Shown here: one piece after another, positions 14,886 through 29,049 of the stretch | Position numbering within the stretch: position 1 is the stretch's first letter | How the letters are laid out: each line of letters begins with the position of its first letter | NCBI RefSeq assembly: GCF_006345805.1 | Contig: NC_043006.1 | Coordinates: 98,952,001 to 99,016,000, forward strand | Direction: 5' to 3' | DNA: 64,000 nucleotides | Source of the DNA: Octopus sinensis | Taxonomy: Eukaryota | Notes under the pieces: model-generated | The model's database searches: none | Told to the model about the DNA's origin: nothing | The model's input: the letters and a program-made list of their open reading frames with translations, nothing else | Made by a program: the position numbers and the translations under genes

Positions 14886-15763
14886 CCCTCGCTGTGTATG
14901 TATAGATCATGGTGTAACTACGCGCGCAGACATATGTGGGTACATACATAGATATATACGTAGATATGCGCCTCTGTGTGTGCATGTGTGTGTGTGTGTA
15001 CAGTGATGGATTACAGTTTCATTTATTTCCGATTTGATTTCTTTATTTCACCAAAGTATAAATACTTATAATGAGGATAGTTAAAAATATATAATTCAGT
15101 TCAATTTGAAATCATTTTTAAGCAACCAAATTTCCAGGCTTTATGTTTCATCCCAAATAGAAGCCACAACTTCCTCACTGAGTATGTACAGTGTATAATC
15201 GCAAAGTTCGGTACATTCATTCTGTAATACAAGGATATCACGGAAACATTTTGGGATAACGTGTGCGGGACAAGAATTAGAGCGATGCAGCATGGTTTGA
15301 TATTTCTCAAAGAGGAGGTGGAGGGTTGATTTAAAAATTTTCTTCTTTCTCTTATATATAATGGTTTCCCTCAGCTTTTTGAGGGATTTTATTTACCGCT
15401 TCCTACCGTTATTACAATGACTGGAATGGAGACCTTCTCCTGTCAAAATAAGTTGGCATGCATTTCTCTGCTGATCACTGGCTGTTGATGTTCTTAAAAT
15501 TGGGAGATGGTGTCACACGTAATTGCATGAACAGAATCGGTGATATCCTATCATAATGATACGTCTACTTTTCACATCTTGTCACCAGACCGGACAAACA
15601 TTTCATCCACTGATTCAGACGTTTCCTATAGATAATAACAGCATTTAACCTTTTTCGTCTTCAATTTGCCTATCGACTGACGCGATTCCCGTTTGCATGC
15701 ACATTTCGAAGTCAGAAGTTTGTGCATTTAATATATATATATATATTATATATATATATATAT

Positions 15764-16071
15764 ATATGTAGGTCCCGGGTTGATTCGGGGTTAACCACAG
15801 TAAATAAGGTACTCAATACATAGCAGAGTAAAATTAATTTATTATATAGAAGGAGCTTCTACAGGACTAGAACTGTTTCATTCAAGAGAAATCTTCAGGA
15901 AGCTAGTTAACAGGAATTGTATTGGCATTTATACATTTAGGCAGGTTTAAAGGGGTGTTGGTGGGGGACTTTTTGGGGGTAGGCATAGCGCAAAAAATCA
16001 TACTTGGGGGAGTGGTCAAGGAGTCAGTGTTAAATTAGATAGGAGAATAAAAAAAATAAAAAATAAAAAAT

Positions 16072-16108
<37 letters not shown>

Positions 16109-16140
16109 AAATAAAAAATAAAAAATAAAAGAATATATAA
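15764..16140 (-). repeat. Inverted partial pseudo-LTR at the 5' end of the PLE
   Basis: Reverse complement of ~16843-17196, including the HHR. Confidence 0.9.
15854..15904 (-). ncRNA. Minimal type I hammerhead ribozyme (inverted pLTR copy)
   Basis: Exact reverse complement of 17056-17106. Confidence 0.85.
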
Positions 16141-17196
16141 GTGTGCGTGAGTGAATGAGTAATTGTTTTCCAGTAGACGGATAAATGGTCTGGCTGTCAT
16201 AGCCAAGATGTTTGTGACCAAGCGGCCAAAGATAACAAAAGTAATAAACGAAGATAATAAAATTAAAATTAGGGAATGGGTCTGTATTTGTATATGTATA
16301 TATATATATATGTGTGTATGTGTAGGTATGCATGGGTACACATATGTATATATATGTGTATATATATATATATATATATGTGTATGTATATATATGTGTA
16401 TGTGTATGTGTATGTATGTATATATATGTGTATGTATGTGTATGTGTGGGTGTATATATATGTGTGTATGTGTATATATGTGTATATAGGGACTAGTGTG
16501 CTGTGTGTGCATGTGTGTGTATGGATTTGTGTGTGTATGCGTGTATGTGAGTATGTGTGTGTGTATGTGTATATATATATATTTTTTTTCTGTGTGTATG
16601 TATGTGTGGTCGTGTGTGTATATATACATGTGTGTATACGTGTATGCAAGTGAGTGTGTGTATGTATACAATATATGTGTATGTGTAGATATGTATATGT
16701 ATGTGTGAGTGTATATATGTGTGTATGTGTAGAGGTATAAGTGAGAATCTTCTTATTTACCTAAAACTCTATTCCCCCCTTTATATATATATATATATAT
16801 ATTATTTTATTTTTTATTTTTATTTTTATTTTTTATTTTTTTATATATTCTTTTATTTTTATTTTTTTTTTTTTTATTTTTTTTTTTTTTTTTTTTATTT
16901 TTTTTTTTTTTTATTCTCCTATCTAATTTAACACTGACTCCTTGACCACTCCCCCAAGTATGATTTTTGCGCTATGCCTACCCCCAAAAAGTCCCCCACC
17001 AACACCCCTTTAAACCTGCCTAAATGTATAAATGCCAATACAATTCCTGTTAACTAGCTTCCTGAAGATTTCTCTTGAATGAAACAGTTCTAGTCCTGTA
17101 GAAGCTCCTTCTATATAATAAATTAATTTTACTCTGCTATGTATTGAGTACCTTATTTACTGTGGTTAACCCCGAATCAACCCGGGACCTACATAT
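16141..17196 (+). repeat. 5' pseudo-LTR of PLE (direct copy)
   Basis: Starts gtgtgcgtgagtgaatgagtaattg and matches 21141 onward with few differences outside the microsatellites. Confidence 0.9.
17056..17106 (+). ncRNA. Minimal type I hammerhead ribozyme (PLE pLTR)
   Basis: AGCTTC-CTGAAGA-tTTCtcttGAAt-GAAA-CAGttctagtcCTG-TA-GAAGCT. Stem I is 6 bp, the core is intact, stem II is short, stem III is near-palindromic, and the GUA site predicts cleavage after 17100. Confidence 0.88.
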
Positions 17197-17238
17197 CCTA
17201 GCACACCCTAGTGCCCTTATAACCATCACCAAGAAAAA

Positions 17239-19379
17239 ATGCTGACAAGAATTGACCTCGACACTTCCCTGAAGAACATTACTATCCCACCAAGGAAACA
17301 GTACCAAAAAGCCCTCATTAGACGGACTGATGAGTTCATCAAAAGAATCCGATGGAGATCGTTCTTCTTCGACCATCCTGATGTAGCATCTACCAGTAAT
17401 GATAAGTACGGCTTCAAATCAAATAAGGCCCCTCCTACCAACAGCCTACTTGAACCGTTTGAAGAAGACCTCTTCCTCATGATAAAAAACATCAAATTCA
17501 GGAGAGTCAACTTACCTTTCCAAACGGAACTGAATGAGAAGCTTTCGAAAATGAAAAGCTCCAAGAACCTCCATGTCCCTTCGGACAAGACAAAAAATAT
17601 TTACGCGGTGACTCCGGACACCTACAACAGACTAGCCGATAACGCCATCACAGCTAAGTACAAGAAAGTAGACGACGCAGCGCTAACTGAAACCAATTTA
17701 GCCGGGAAAGTGATTGCCACCTCCCTTAAAATCGATGACCGAACCGAACCCCTGAGGGTGAAGTCCCCACACTTCACCCTGAAGGACCACAAAGACCATT
17801 TCGAAAATAAACCGTCGGTCCGTTTGATTAACCCAACCAAGTCTGACATCGGATCCGTCAGCAAGAAGATCCTGGACAGGATTTTGCCAAAAATGCGTGA
17901 AGCTTCACCCCTTCCCCTCTGGAATAGGACCTCCGAGGCAATAACCTGGTTCCAGGATTTACCTGATAAAAGCAACACCCGATTCCTACAACTGGATATC
18001 GAGGATTACTACGCCTCCATATCGGAGAGCTTGCTGATCGACGCGATTAACTTCGCCAGGAGGTCTTCACCATCACCGAGGTCGAGCAAGATGTGATACT
18101 CCACGCACGTAAGACTTTTCTTTTCTATGACGGATCCCACTGGATCAACAAAAAATCTGTGACCCCCTTCGACGTCAGCATGGGTGCTAACGACTCTGCT
18201 GAAATAAGTGACCTAGTGGGCCTTTTCATCCTCCATAGGCTGAAAACCCTATTCACAGGCCTCTCCGGTAGTCTTTACCGCGATGACGGCCTTTTCGCCC
18301 TCCACAAAGTAAACCCCAGGACCACGGATGGGTTCCGGAAAAATCTTTACACCTTCTTTAAAAACTTAGGCCTTAGGATTACCTTAGAATCCAACTTAAC
18401 TAAAGCTAACTTCCTTGATGTCACCCTCGACTTAAAAACCTCACTTTATTACCCGTACCACAAACCGAATGAATCCCTTAAATATATAGATATTAATTCC
18501 AACCACCCCAAAAATATATTAGATAACCTAGTAAAAAGTGTCTCAATTAGAATTTCTAGCCTGTCCGCCACGGAAGATATCTTTAAGGCCGCAGCCCCCT
18601 ATTACAACGAGGCCCTGGCCCGCAGTGGCTTCAAAGATAAGATTACCTATACTAGTATAGCCCCACGCCAACCTAGGAAAAATAGACGAAGACACATTAG
18701 CTGGTACAACCCCCCCTTCAACCGTGAGGTCGCTACACCTGTAGCTAAAATCTTCTTCACTCTCCTACAGAAACACTTCCCCACCCAACATAAGTACTAC
18801 ACTATCCTAAATAAGAACACTATTAGACTCTCCTACTCTACCACGCCCAATCTAGCCAGGAACCTAGCCAACAACAATGTGAAAAAACTTAACATACCTA
18901 CTTTTTCCGAGGCCCATCCAACGTCCGATAGCAATTGCAACTGCCCTGATAAAACTACCTGCCCCCTCAACAACAACTGCCTACAGAGGGACCTAGTATA
19001 TACATGCGAGGTAAGATCAGGCCCTGACGATAAAAGAAAATCCTACATAGGAATGACGTCAAACAGCTTTAAGACCCGTTGGTACGCACACACACACTCG
19101 TTCCGGCGACAGGATAAATCCAACCAAACTACCCTCGCCGCCCACATCTGGTACCTTAAAAGGAATTCCATCCCCTTCAAGACCAAGTGGAAACTACTAC
19201 AGAAGGCGCGCTCATACACAGGAGGCCATACCTGCTGTGATCTCTGCATATCGGAGAGCCTAGAGATCTTGTTCGCCAAAGGCCCTCTCCTTAACAAAAT
19301 CTCAGAACACTCCCCAAATTGTATGCATATGAAGTATGCGAACTACAAGAACTATAGACCTACCCGGCAACCAGATTGA
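17239..19379 (+). pseudogene. PLE polyprotein (reverse transcriptase + C-terminal GIY-YIG endonuclease), ~710 aa, split by a single -1 frameshift near 18055-18070; Naiad-like by motif
   Basis: ORFs 17239-18096 and 18093-19379 join as ...AINFARR/(F)FTITEVEQDVILHARKTFLF. Motifs seen: RLINPTKSDIG, LDIEDYYASI, MGANDSAEISDL, YRDDGL, FLDVTLDL, CNCPDKTTCPLNNNCL, LVY..SYIGMTSNSFKTRWYAH (GIY-YIG), CDLC..E...LLNK.SE...CMH. The Naiad assignment is from motif memory, not a search. Confidence 0.9.
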
Positions 19380-19582
19380 TGACACACCCACAAAAACCCC
19401 CCCAATCCCACCGTTCCCCTAGCACCCCCGATTACCTTTTTCCTAAGACCTTTCACATATTGTATGTGCACGCTTGTAGATGTGTATCGTATATATGTAT
19501 AGAAATGTATGGGTATAGTAGGATTATACGCATGTATTATGTGTGTGTGTGCGTGTATGTATGTAAAAAAAAATATATAGTG

Positions 19583-19614
<32 letters not shown>

Positions 19615-19622
19615 GTATTGGC

Positions 19623-19655
<33 letters not shown>

Positions 19656-19839
19656 TAGATGTATGTATGTATATATGTATATTTGTGTGTATGCATATGT
19701 ATGTGAATATGTATGTGTGTATGTATATATATGTGTGTAAGTGTGTGTATATATGTAAATGTAAGTGTGTGTGCTTGTATGAGAATGTATGTATGTTTGC
19801 ACACATGTGTATATATATGTGTGTGTATGTGTGTGTGTA

Positions 19840-19892
<53 letters not shown>

Positions 19893-20169
19893 ACATATAT
19901 ATATATATGTATGTGTATGTATATGTGTATGTATATATATGTGTATGTGAGTGTGTGTGTATACATGTGTGTATGTGTATGTATGTATGTATATATATGC
20001 GTGTGCATGGGTATATGTATATGTACATATGCGCGTACGCTCGTGTGTTTATGTATGTGTAGGTACGTAGAGTTATCTATGTGTGTATTTATATGTACAT
20101 GTGTAAGTATGTATATATATGTATGTATGTGTATGTATATGTATGTGTATGTGTGTGGTATATATATAT

Positions 20170-20202
<33 letters not shown>

Positions 20203-20281
20203 GTGTATGTGTATATGTAGGTGTATGTGTGTATGTATATATTTATATTTATATATGTGTGTGTGTATATATGTATATGTA

Positions 20282-20360
<79 letters not shown>

Positions 20361-20435
20361 GTGTATGTGTATATGTAGGTGTATGTGTGTATGTATATAT
20401 TTATATTTATTTATATATATATGTGTGTATATATG

Positions 20436-20480
<45 letters not shown>

Positions 20481-20665
20481 AAGTTTATTATATGTATGTA
20501 TCCGTCTATATAATAGGTAACTGCACGTACATATACTTAATATTTATTATTTTTTGAGTATGCATGTATGAATAACTGCGTGTATATATATTTACTATTT
20601 ACTTATTTTTTGAGTATGCATGTTAGTATGAATATATATATGTATATATATGTATATATATATAT

Positions 20666-20727
<62 letters not shown>

Positions 20728-20860
20728 ATGTATGTATATAAGTACATGTATGTATTTGTATGTAGGTGTACATGTATGTGTGTGTATTTATATTTATTGG
20801 TGTATATGTATAGACTAGCCTTCTAAGAGTGTAGACATGAATCTGTAGGTACGCGTATAT

Positions 20861-20920
<60 letters not shown>

Positions 20921-21140
20921 TGTATGTATTTGTATGTAGGTGTACATGTATGTGTGTTGTATTTATATTTATTGGTGTATATGTATAGACTAGCCTTCTA
21001 AGAGTGTAGACATGAATCTGTAGGTACGCGTACGTATGTGTATATACGTGAATGTATGTAGATGTACGTATGTATGAATATAACGCGTGCGTGCGTGTAT
21101 GCGTATGAGTGTACGAATGAGTGAGTGTACGTGCTAATGA

Positions 21141-21348
21141 GTGTGCGTGAGTGAATGAGTAATTGTTTTCCAGTAGACGGATAAATGGTCTGGCTGTCAT
21201 AGCCAAGATGTTTGTGACCAAGCGGCCAAAGATAACAAAAGTAATAAACGAAGATAATAAAATTAAAATTAGGGAATGGGTCTGTATTTGTATATGTATA
21301 TATATATATATGTGTGTATGTGTAGGTATGCATGGGTACACATATGTA

Positions 21349-21387
<39 letters not shown>

Positions 21388-21864
21388 ATGTATATATATG
21401 TGTATGTGTATGTGTATGTATGTATATATATGTGTATGTATGTGTATGTGTGGGTGTATATATATGTGTGTATGTGTATATATGTGTATATAGGGACTAG
21501 TGTGCTGTGTGTGCATGTGTGTGTATGGATTTGTGTGTGTATGCGTGTATGTGTGTGAGTATGTGTGTGTATGTGTATATATATATATTTTTTCTGTGTG
21601 TATATGTATGTGTGGTCGTGTGTGTATATATACATGTGTGTATACGTGTATGCAAGTGAGTGTGTGTATGTATACATATATATGTGTATGTGTAGATATG
21701 TATATGTATGTGTGAGTGTATATATGTGTGTATGTGTAGAGGTATAAGTGAGAATCTCCTTATTTACCTAAAACTCTATTCCCCCCTTTATATATATATA
21801 TATATATATTTATTTTTTTATTTTTATTTTTATTTTTTTATATTTTTTATATATTCTTTTATTT

Positions 21865-21914
<50 letters not shown>

Positions 21915-22133
21915 ATTTTTTATTTTTTTTATCTCCTATCTAATTTAACACTGACTCCTTGACCACTCCCCCAAGTATGATTTTTTGCGCTATGCCTACC
22001 CCCAAAAAGTTCCCCCACCAACACCCCTTTAATCCTGCCTAAATGTATAAATGCCAATACAATTCCTGTTAACTAGCTTCCTGAAGATTTCTCTTGAATG
22101 AAACAGTTCTAGTCCTGTAGAAGCTCCTTCTAT
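21141..22133 (+). repeat. 3' pseudo-LTR of PLE
   Basis: Direct repeat of 16141-17114, ending at gaagctccttctata just before a TA-rich tract. Confidence 0.9.
22075..22125 (+). ncRNA. Minimal type I hammerhead ribozyme (3' pLTR copy)
   Basis: Identical to 17056-17106; predicted cleavage after 22119. Confidence 0.88.
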
Positions 22134-22136
22134 AAA

Positions 22137-22251
<115 letters not shown>

Positions 22252-22291
22252 ATATATATATATATTATATATATATTATATATATATACAT

Positions 22292-22334
<43 letters not shown>

Positions 22335-22335
<1 letters not shown>

Positions 22336-22648
22336 GAGGCGCAATGGCCTAGTGGTTAGGGCAGCGGACTCGCGATCGTAGGATCGCGGTTTCGATCCCA
22401 GACCGGGCGTTGTGAGTATTTATTGAGCGAAAACACCTAAAAGCTCCACGAGGCTCCGGCAGGGGATGGTGGCGATCCCTGCTGCACTCTTTCGCCGCAA
22501 CTTTCTCTCACTCTTTCTTCTGTTGGCCTGCTTGCTTAGCCAGCGGGGTGACGTCATTTGAAGGCTAAAAAAGCAATGCGAAGCGCATTGTGACCAGCGA
22601 TGTGTAACAACATCTGATGGCCTGATCGGTCACGGTGATCACGGTGAT
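22335..22648 (+). mobile_element. tRNA-derived SINE family C
   Basis: ggcgcaatggcctagtggttaggg (A box) and gtttcgatccc (B box); homologous to 46056-46348. Confidence 0.88.
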
Positions 22649-22660
22649 ATATATATATAT

Positions 22661-22706
<46 letters not shown>

Positions 22707-23763
22707 GAAGCGTGTGTGCATGCGTGTAGTATATCAACTATCCAAATCTAGTTTCTTGAAAACAAATGTACTAGTTTCTATCTTTGATATTACTCCCTTT
22801 ACAATAATGGCATCTGGTCCTCAGAAATTTCTGCTATCGAGCAAAATCTCTGAAACATTCACAAGCCAATCATCCCGCATCTCCTGTGGGATCTCCTGCT
22901 CTCACCTTTAACACTAACCAAATAATTCTTCAAAAAAGTCAACTTGCACATTTCTGCCATGTAGGTGTTGAATAACAAAATATTTATCTATTTAATCTTC
23001 TGCCAGGTACAGCAGAAAATAGTCATAAATATTAATTCCAGAAATAATATTTGAATAAAAACAGGGGATTAAAGTACTACAATACTTTCTTAACTGAAAG
23101 AAAATTCATTGCCTTCAGACAGGTCTTGTGCATTGTGGTATTTTACAATTGTATTTAACTTAATCATATGAGCCCGTTGCTCATATTTCTTTGGCTTAGA
23201 TCTAATTTTCTCGCTTTAATAAACCTATACAATCTCACACATTTGTTTTAAAATATTGACTACTTTGTATTCAATTCAATCCATTATTATATAACCTCTT
23301 AAATTACATTCTGGCAATTTGATGGAAAATTGCATCATTAATTTATAGATCATTAATGGAAATTTTTCATTGTGATGTAGTTTTAGCCATGGTAATTCGG
23401 TTGATAGTCAAAGCATGGATCGCATATCAAGTTACAGGCCAAATGCAATAACGATTAATAGAATTGAATTAAATTGTATTCGTAATATAGCATATGCGAA
23501 TAAAATAGAAAAATGCCCAACTATTTCTGCAATAGTTATAGCAATAAAAATCTAATTTGGCAAAGGAAAAAATCACACAATGTAAACCATCATATGTCCA
23601 TCAAAATATGCGACTACCCTAACCGTATGGAAGATATTTAAATATCCTTGTACTTTCGTTGTTCATGCCTCATTTATTACTAAATTCGTTTAAGATATAG
23701 AGATACATTAATCTGGGAGCGCCGCCTGCAAGGAATTTCATATGAGCATATAGTTCACAGGTA

Positions 23764-24290
23764 TTGGGTTGTCGGGAAAGTTCGTGCCGATTTTTAAAGA
23801 AAAGAAAAAGGTCAATAAATACTTGCCATTACATTTTTAATCAACCAAATTGAACCATTTTGTTGCACAATGCGTCTCCATATTTTCTTTAACTTGAAAA
23901 CACCTTCTTCCCAGAATTGAGCTGGTTTCAAGGCAAAGAATTGATCAAGGTATCTTTTTACGTTATCCAAGGAATTGAAATGTTTACCATTAAGACTATT
24001 CTGCAGAGACCCGAATAAGTGGAAATCTGAAGGAGCAGTATCTGGTGAATATGGAGGGTGGGGTAATACACCCCAGCCGAGCTGCAGAAAATGAACTTTC
24101 TTATCTTCCATTTTCAAGTGTTACAGAATTAACAGATTATAGGAACATAGATCTTCTTCCATAAAAGATAGCTTAAAATGTGCTCTAAATGGAGGTGTAG
24201 TCAAATCCTATTTTATGAACTCAACGATGTTCTAAAATAAGACGAAAGGTAAGCTACTATAAATCGGCACGAACTTTCTGGACAACTCAA
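23764..24290 (-). mobile_element. Internally deleted mariner element with both TIRs and TA TSD
   Basis: ta|ttgggttgtcgggaaagttcgtgccgattt ... aaatcggcacgaactttctggacaactcaa|ta. Encodes LPHPPYSPDTAPSDFHLFGSLQNSL. Confidence 0.92.
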
Positions 24291-26807
24291 TATTTGTTTG
24301 AAAATGTACAACGTTCTTAGAGTCGACAATGCAGATTGAAATAGGCGTTAGAGGTGACATCTCTGTAGGTTATCATTTCAGCACCGCTTTTCACTCTACT
24401 CTTATGTAAATATAAACACAAAAATATTCATACATGCACGTTAGGTTTGGTTGATATTCCTGCCTACCACATGCACTAACCCATGATTTGTAAACAAGAG
24501 ACGTTAATGACACTTGTCCAAACGTGCGACTGAACTTAGAAGTAGGTATTTGCGAAGCCATCATATTAATCAAACAGCTAGGTTCTATATAGTGTATCTT
24601 AAAATAAGTTTGTGTAGAAGATGATGCATATATTATATCAAATCGGACACCTTTTCTGAAATACGTGTTGTTATGTTTTAAAAGAGGATGGTTTTATTCC
24701 AATAAGTGTTTTCGTTTTTGAGATGATCGGTGAATTTTTGATACACACGATTTACTAACATTATACATATTAATGAGGTTTATAAGAAGAGAATTTCTGT
24801 TACCATGGCTCTTTAAAAAAATAATACTTATGGTAATCTCAGCTCGGCTCGTTAAGGAAGGCTGCTGGTTGTAGGGCATTTTAAGAAGTCTCAGAAATTA
24901 ATCTAATAGAGGGAAGGTGTACGTTCAAACCTCAGTTTATACTTGGGTCTTTGCATCAAAATATACACCACTAAAATTTCCCGAGATGATATGTACTTGT
25001 GCTATATTCACCGATTGATTAAGACTACCACGCACACATATTGGGTTTAAATTTGAACTTAAGACATCTGGTCGTTTTAATATTCCCAGCGTTGCGGTAC
25101 CTCCTAACGGACACGATTATATAAAAACCAGAAGTTGTTTAGTTTAGATATTAACACAGTTCGCTGTTATTTTGCAATGCATTCTATTTTACAAAGCAAC
25201 AACACAACCAAGTCATTGAACTCTTAATATTAAGAGGGCAGGATATGTAATATAATAACGCTTTGAATGGGCTTTAAACTTTAAGAGTTAAACCATAATT
25301 TAATTACGGGTTAATAATTCTCGGCCGGAATTCTTCAAGTATGTTTAGGTTATTCGTGTCGATTTTACCAGGAATACTAACAGCATAAAATGACAGCTTT
25401 CGAAGTGCTTGCACATTGCAGTAATTCAATTATCGTTGAAATTTCTAGTTATCAATTCGTAATACTCTGCCAATGCATGCATTCCAAGGTGTTGATTCGG
25501 TGCCAATTAAGTTAACTTATTCTTCTAGCGCCTTTCAGAAAGGATGACTTTTGGTCGCTTCATTTGTATTAAACTAGTTGCAGTTTGTAACGAGAAAGAT
25601 TCTCAATTAAAAATGCAAGATTTCTATTCTCTTAGTAAATTATGAAGTAGATACATATCAATTTAACGGAGAAATACAGGCAATCATTTCAGTTGAAAAT
25701 GCTAATTTTAACAGTAAGTTTTCTACTTTAAAATTAAGTAGAAGAAAATTCCGTTAGGATGTTACCTAAGAATTTATTGACCTTGACTTGCGGCCTCTTA
25801 TTACGTTGCTTAACAAAGTTGTTTGGTAATTTCATCTTTATACTCTTCCGAGAAGTCGAATTAACTTCATTTAGAATATAAATACACACTCAAACACGGG
25901 CGCACGCACACACACACACACACACACACACAGAAACAAGCCTGAAGTGCAGTTGGTTTCAGCGCTGTGCAACTCTATTCACTCAAAGCCAAGTAATTCT
26001 CAAGAACTTCTTGAAATCTAGGAAAATTTGCATGGATTTACTGAGTATACGAAGTGGTCTGAAACCGTGACAAGCTGACGTCCATAACCACTCAATATAT
26101 TATACATATACGTGAAAGAAGATATTTCGCAGTTCTTCTGATAAGGAAATCAGTTGTGCTGACTTATAAGATATCTCAAAATTTCTCTATACTTTCACTT
26201 GTTTTGCAAAAGGACGCCAAAACAGTAGTATCACCCGCATTAAAATATAACAGAAGTTGGCTCTCGTTTATTTGATTGATAAAACATATTCATCAGACGG
26301 GAACATATTAATCATGAAAATTGGAAAACTGTCAATATTAGTAAGATTGAGTGAAAAGGAGAAAGGAAACAAAAGGAAAAACTTCATATAAGACTAAAAA
26401 AGAAGGTTTGTGTGTACTATTTGGCACAAAGAAAGCGTATGATGGTAAGCTGTTCGTTGTTATGAGCAAAGTAAAGTATGACAATGCTTACAGACAGTGA
26501 CGACATATATAATAATTTAAGTAACTATATGATACTCTCGATTAAATACATATTTCATTTGAAGCTATCTAATTCATTTTGACGCCCTAATACATGGTAA
26601 ATATCTTTCGGTTTTCGTCATGCGTAAAGTAAAAATAAGAGCGATGTTACATTCATAATCTGATAAGTATACTTAGTGTCTATTTGTGCTTAAAGGTAGC
26701 TTATTATATACATACACTCACCCACCCATATATATATATATATATATAATATATATATATATATATGTATATCTATATGTATGTATATATATCTCTCTGT
26801 ATATATA

Positions 26808-26846
<39 letters not shown>

Positions 26847-27114
26847 TATATATGTATATATATATATATATATACATACATACATACATACATACATACA
26901 TACATACATACATACATACATACATACATACATACATACATACATACATAATACATACATACATACATACATACATACATACATACATACATACATACAT
27001 AAATATCTGCGTATAAATTTTCATATCCATTTGTATATACATATACTGTTTTACTCGTTTCAGTCATGCGGCTGCGATCTTGCTGGAGAACCACTGTGGT
27101 CTTTTTGATTTCCT

Positions 27115-28320
27115 CAGTCTGAGGTGTTCAACATCACTACTCCTGTAAGTGCCTTCGTCCCAGCTGTTGGCCTATCTCGGGTATAAGGGAGTTTGTTGCT
27201 GCTGCTCTCGTCCGTACGTCATTTCGGGCTGTTGGTTCATCTGATATTGTGGAGAGGAGGATGTCTAGTTCTCTTTTGAAGACATATACTTTCACCTTAC
27301 GCAGATATCTTAATTTTTGCGACAGGGCATTGAAGAACTGTGGGCCTTTGAACCCTTGACTATTGCAGAACCTAGTCCTGAACTTAGATGGAGTGGATGA
27401 TACCTTTGGAACAATACAATGGCGGATAGTTCGGGCATTTGTATAACACTCAAGGCCGAAATTAGTTACTAGCTTTTCTAGAGTTTTCCATATGTAGATT
27501 ATTGCATATCTCTTGCGCTTTTGCTCCAGGAAGTAAAGGTTCAGTTTTCTTAGTCTATCCCTGTAGCTAATCCCCTGCACTATTTCAATCTTTTTAGTAG
27601 AGTGGCGTTGGGCTGCTTCACGCTCCACTGTTAGTTTGGCAATGGAGTGACCATAATTGGGAGCAGTAGTACAGGCGGCTGAGAACAAAGATTATCCACT
27701 GGGTCAATATAGTTTTTTTGTCTCTGTGCTGAAGGAGCTCATTATGCACCCTTAAGTTGTGTGTACTTTGCAGCCATCTTGGTAGTGTGCATATAAAATG
27801 ATGCGTCATTGCACATACTGATCGCGAAGTCTTTTACGGACTCAAACTCGGAGGCTTTAGTGATTTCAGGTCATATGTATGCAGTCTGCAGTGCATTCGT
27901 GAGTAGATAGTGCGGTGCTTGATATTTTCCAGCATTAAACTGAATCTTATCTATTTCGACCCACTTGTATATCGAATTCAGGTCCCGTTATAAGTCTGCG
28001 ACGTCACTTTGATTTTTTTATTGGCCTCGATAATTTTGTATAATCGGCATATCTAGTGACAGTGGCTGTCCGAGTGTCCGTGTGTCCGTGGGCATGTCTA
28101 AGAGGGCCATTAAGAACACTAATGGTCCTAGAACATTTCCCTTCGGGGACATCATTTAGGATTTGAATTTTCTCAGAAAGGCTGCATCTACTTTATTTTT
28201 GTCTTTAAGTATGTCATGCAGTCACTCACCCAGTTTACCAGCAAAGCAAGTTCTCGTGTCATGATCTATTTTATCAAATGGCTTTGCAAAACCAGGGTAT
28301 ATAATGCTGGCATGGTATAT
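27115..28320 (-). mobile_element. CR1/L2-group LINE RT 3' remnant
   Basis: FAKPFDKIDH, degenerate GVPQG.VLGP, YAD(Y)TK, SYRDRLRKLNLY.LE..R.RYAIIYIWK, FKRELDILLSTISDEP. Confidence 0.82.
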
Positions 28321-28942
28321 ATATATATATATATAATATATATATATATAAACACCCACACACGCATATTATTGTATGCTTTTATGCCAGGAAATTGTCA
28401 TCACTACTGCCTTCATTGAGCTAGCAAGATACGTCTTTTGTTGTCGTGTGGCTCTGCGTAGCCTTATAAGTTGTTAGGCATTGCTAATCATTTGCAGAAC
28501 GTTCGAATCCTTTTACATTTTACGAGTGATTTTACAAGATTTAGTAGAACACAGTGAATTACAATTTTACTTGAAATTGTGTGTGTGGATAGTGAGATCT
28601 AAATGTCTAAACATCAGCTGGAATCTGAAATATGTGAAGGTAGGGTTAAATTTCACAATAGCCCTGAGAAAGACACCGGAATTGAATAAAGTGGTACTTG
28701 ATATACAGAAACACTATATTCACTGAACAACATGGTATTTAGAAAATTGGATACCAAAATGTGTTCCTGAAAACCAGATATGTATGTGAGATTTCTAATT
28801 CTTACATATACACTTTTAAATCATACGCATAAACAACAGTATTCCCACAAACATATATATATATATATAGCTAGCTAACTAAATAGATATTTATATATAC
28901 ATATATAAATATATATATATATATGTATATATGTTTATAATG

Positions 28943-28992
<50 letters not shown>

Positions 28993-28993
28993 G

Positions 28994-29049
<56 letters not shown>

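Larger units (their letters stand above)
15764..22133 (+). mobile_element. Near full-length Penelope-like retroelement (PLE): inverted partial pLTR + pLTR + RT/GIY-YIG ORF + microsatellite-rich 3' region + pLTR, inserted in a (TA)n tract
   Basis: 16141-17114 recurs almost identically at 21141-22133. 15764-16140 is the reverse complement of ~16843-17196. The RT and GIY-YIG ORF lies between the repeats, and TA repeats flank both ends. Confidence 0.93.

Noticed and set aside
16141-16260. Possible SECIS element in the PLE pLTR, since some Naiad elements encode selenoproteins
   Set aside because: No AUGA-stem-AA-stem-GA geometry could be fitted, and the only TGA at the ORF break is explained by a frameshift.
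22335-22410. tRNA-like sequences at SINE heads
   Set aside because: No complete cloverleaf; they continue directly into SINE bodies, so they are not tRNA genes.
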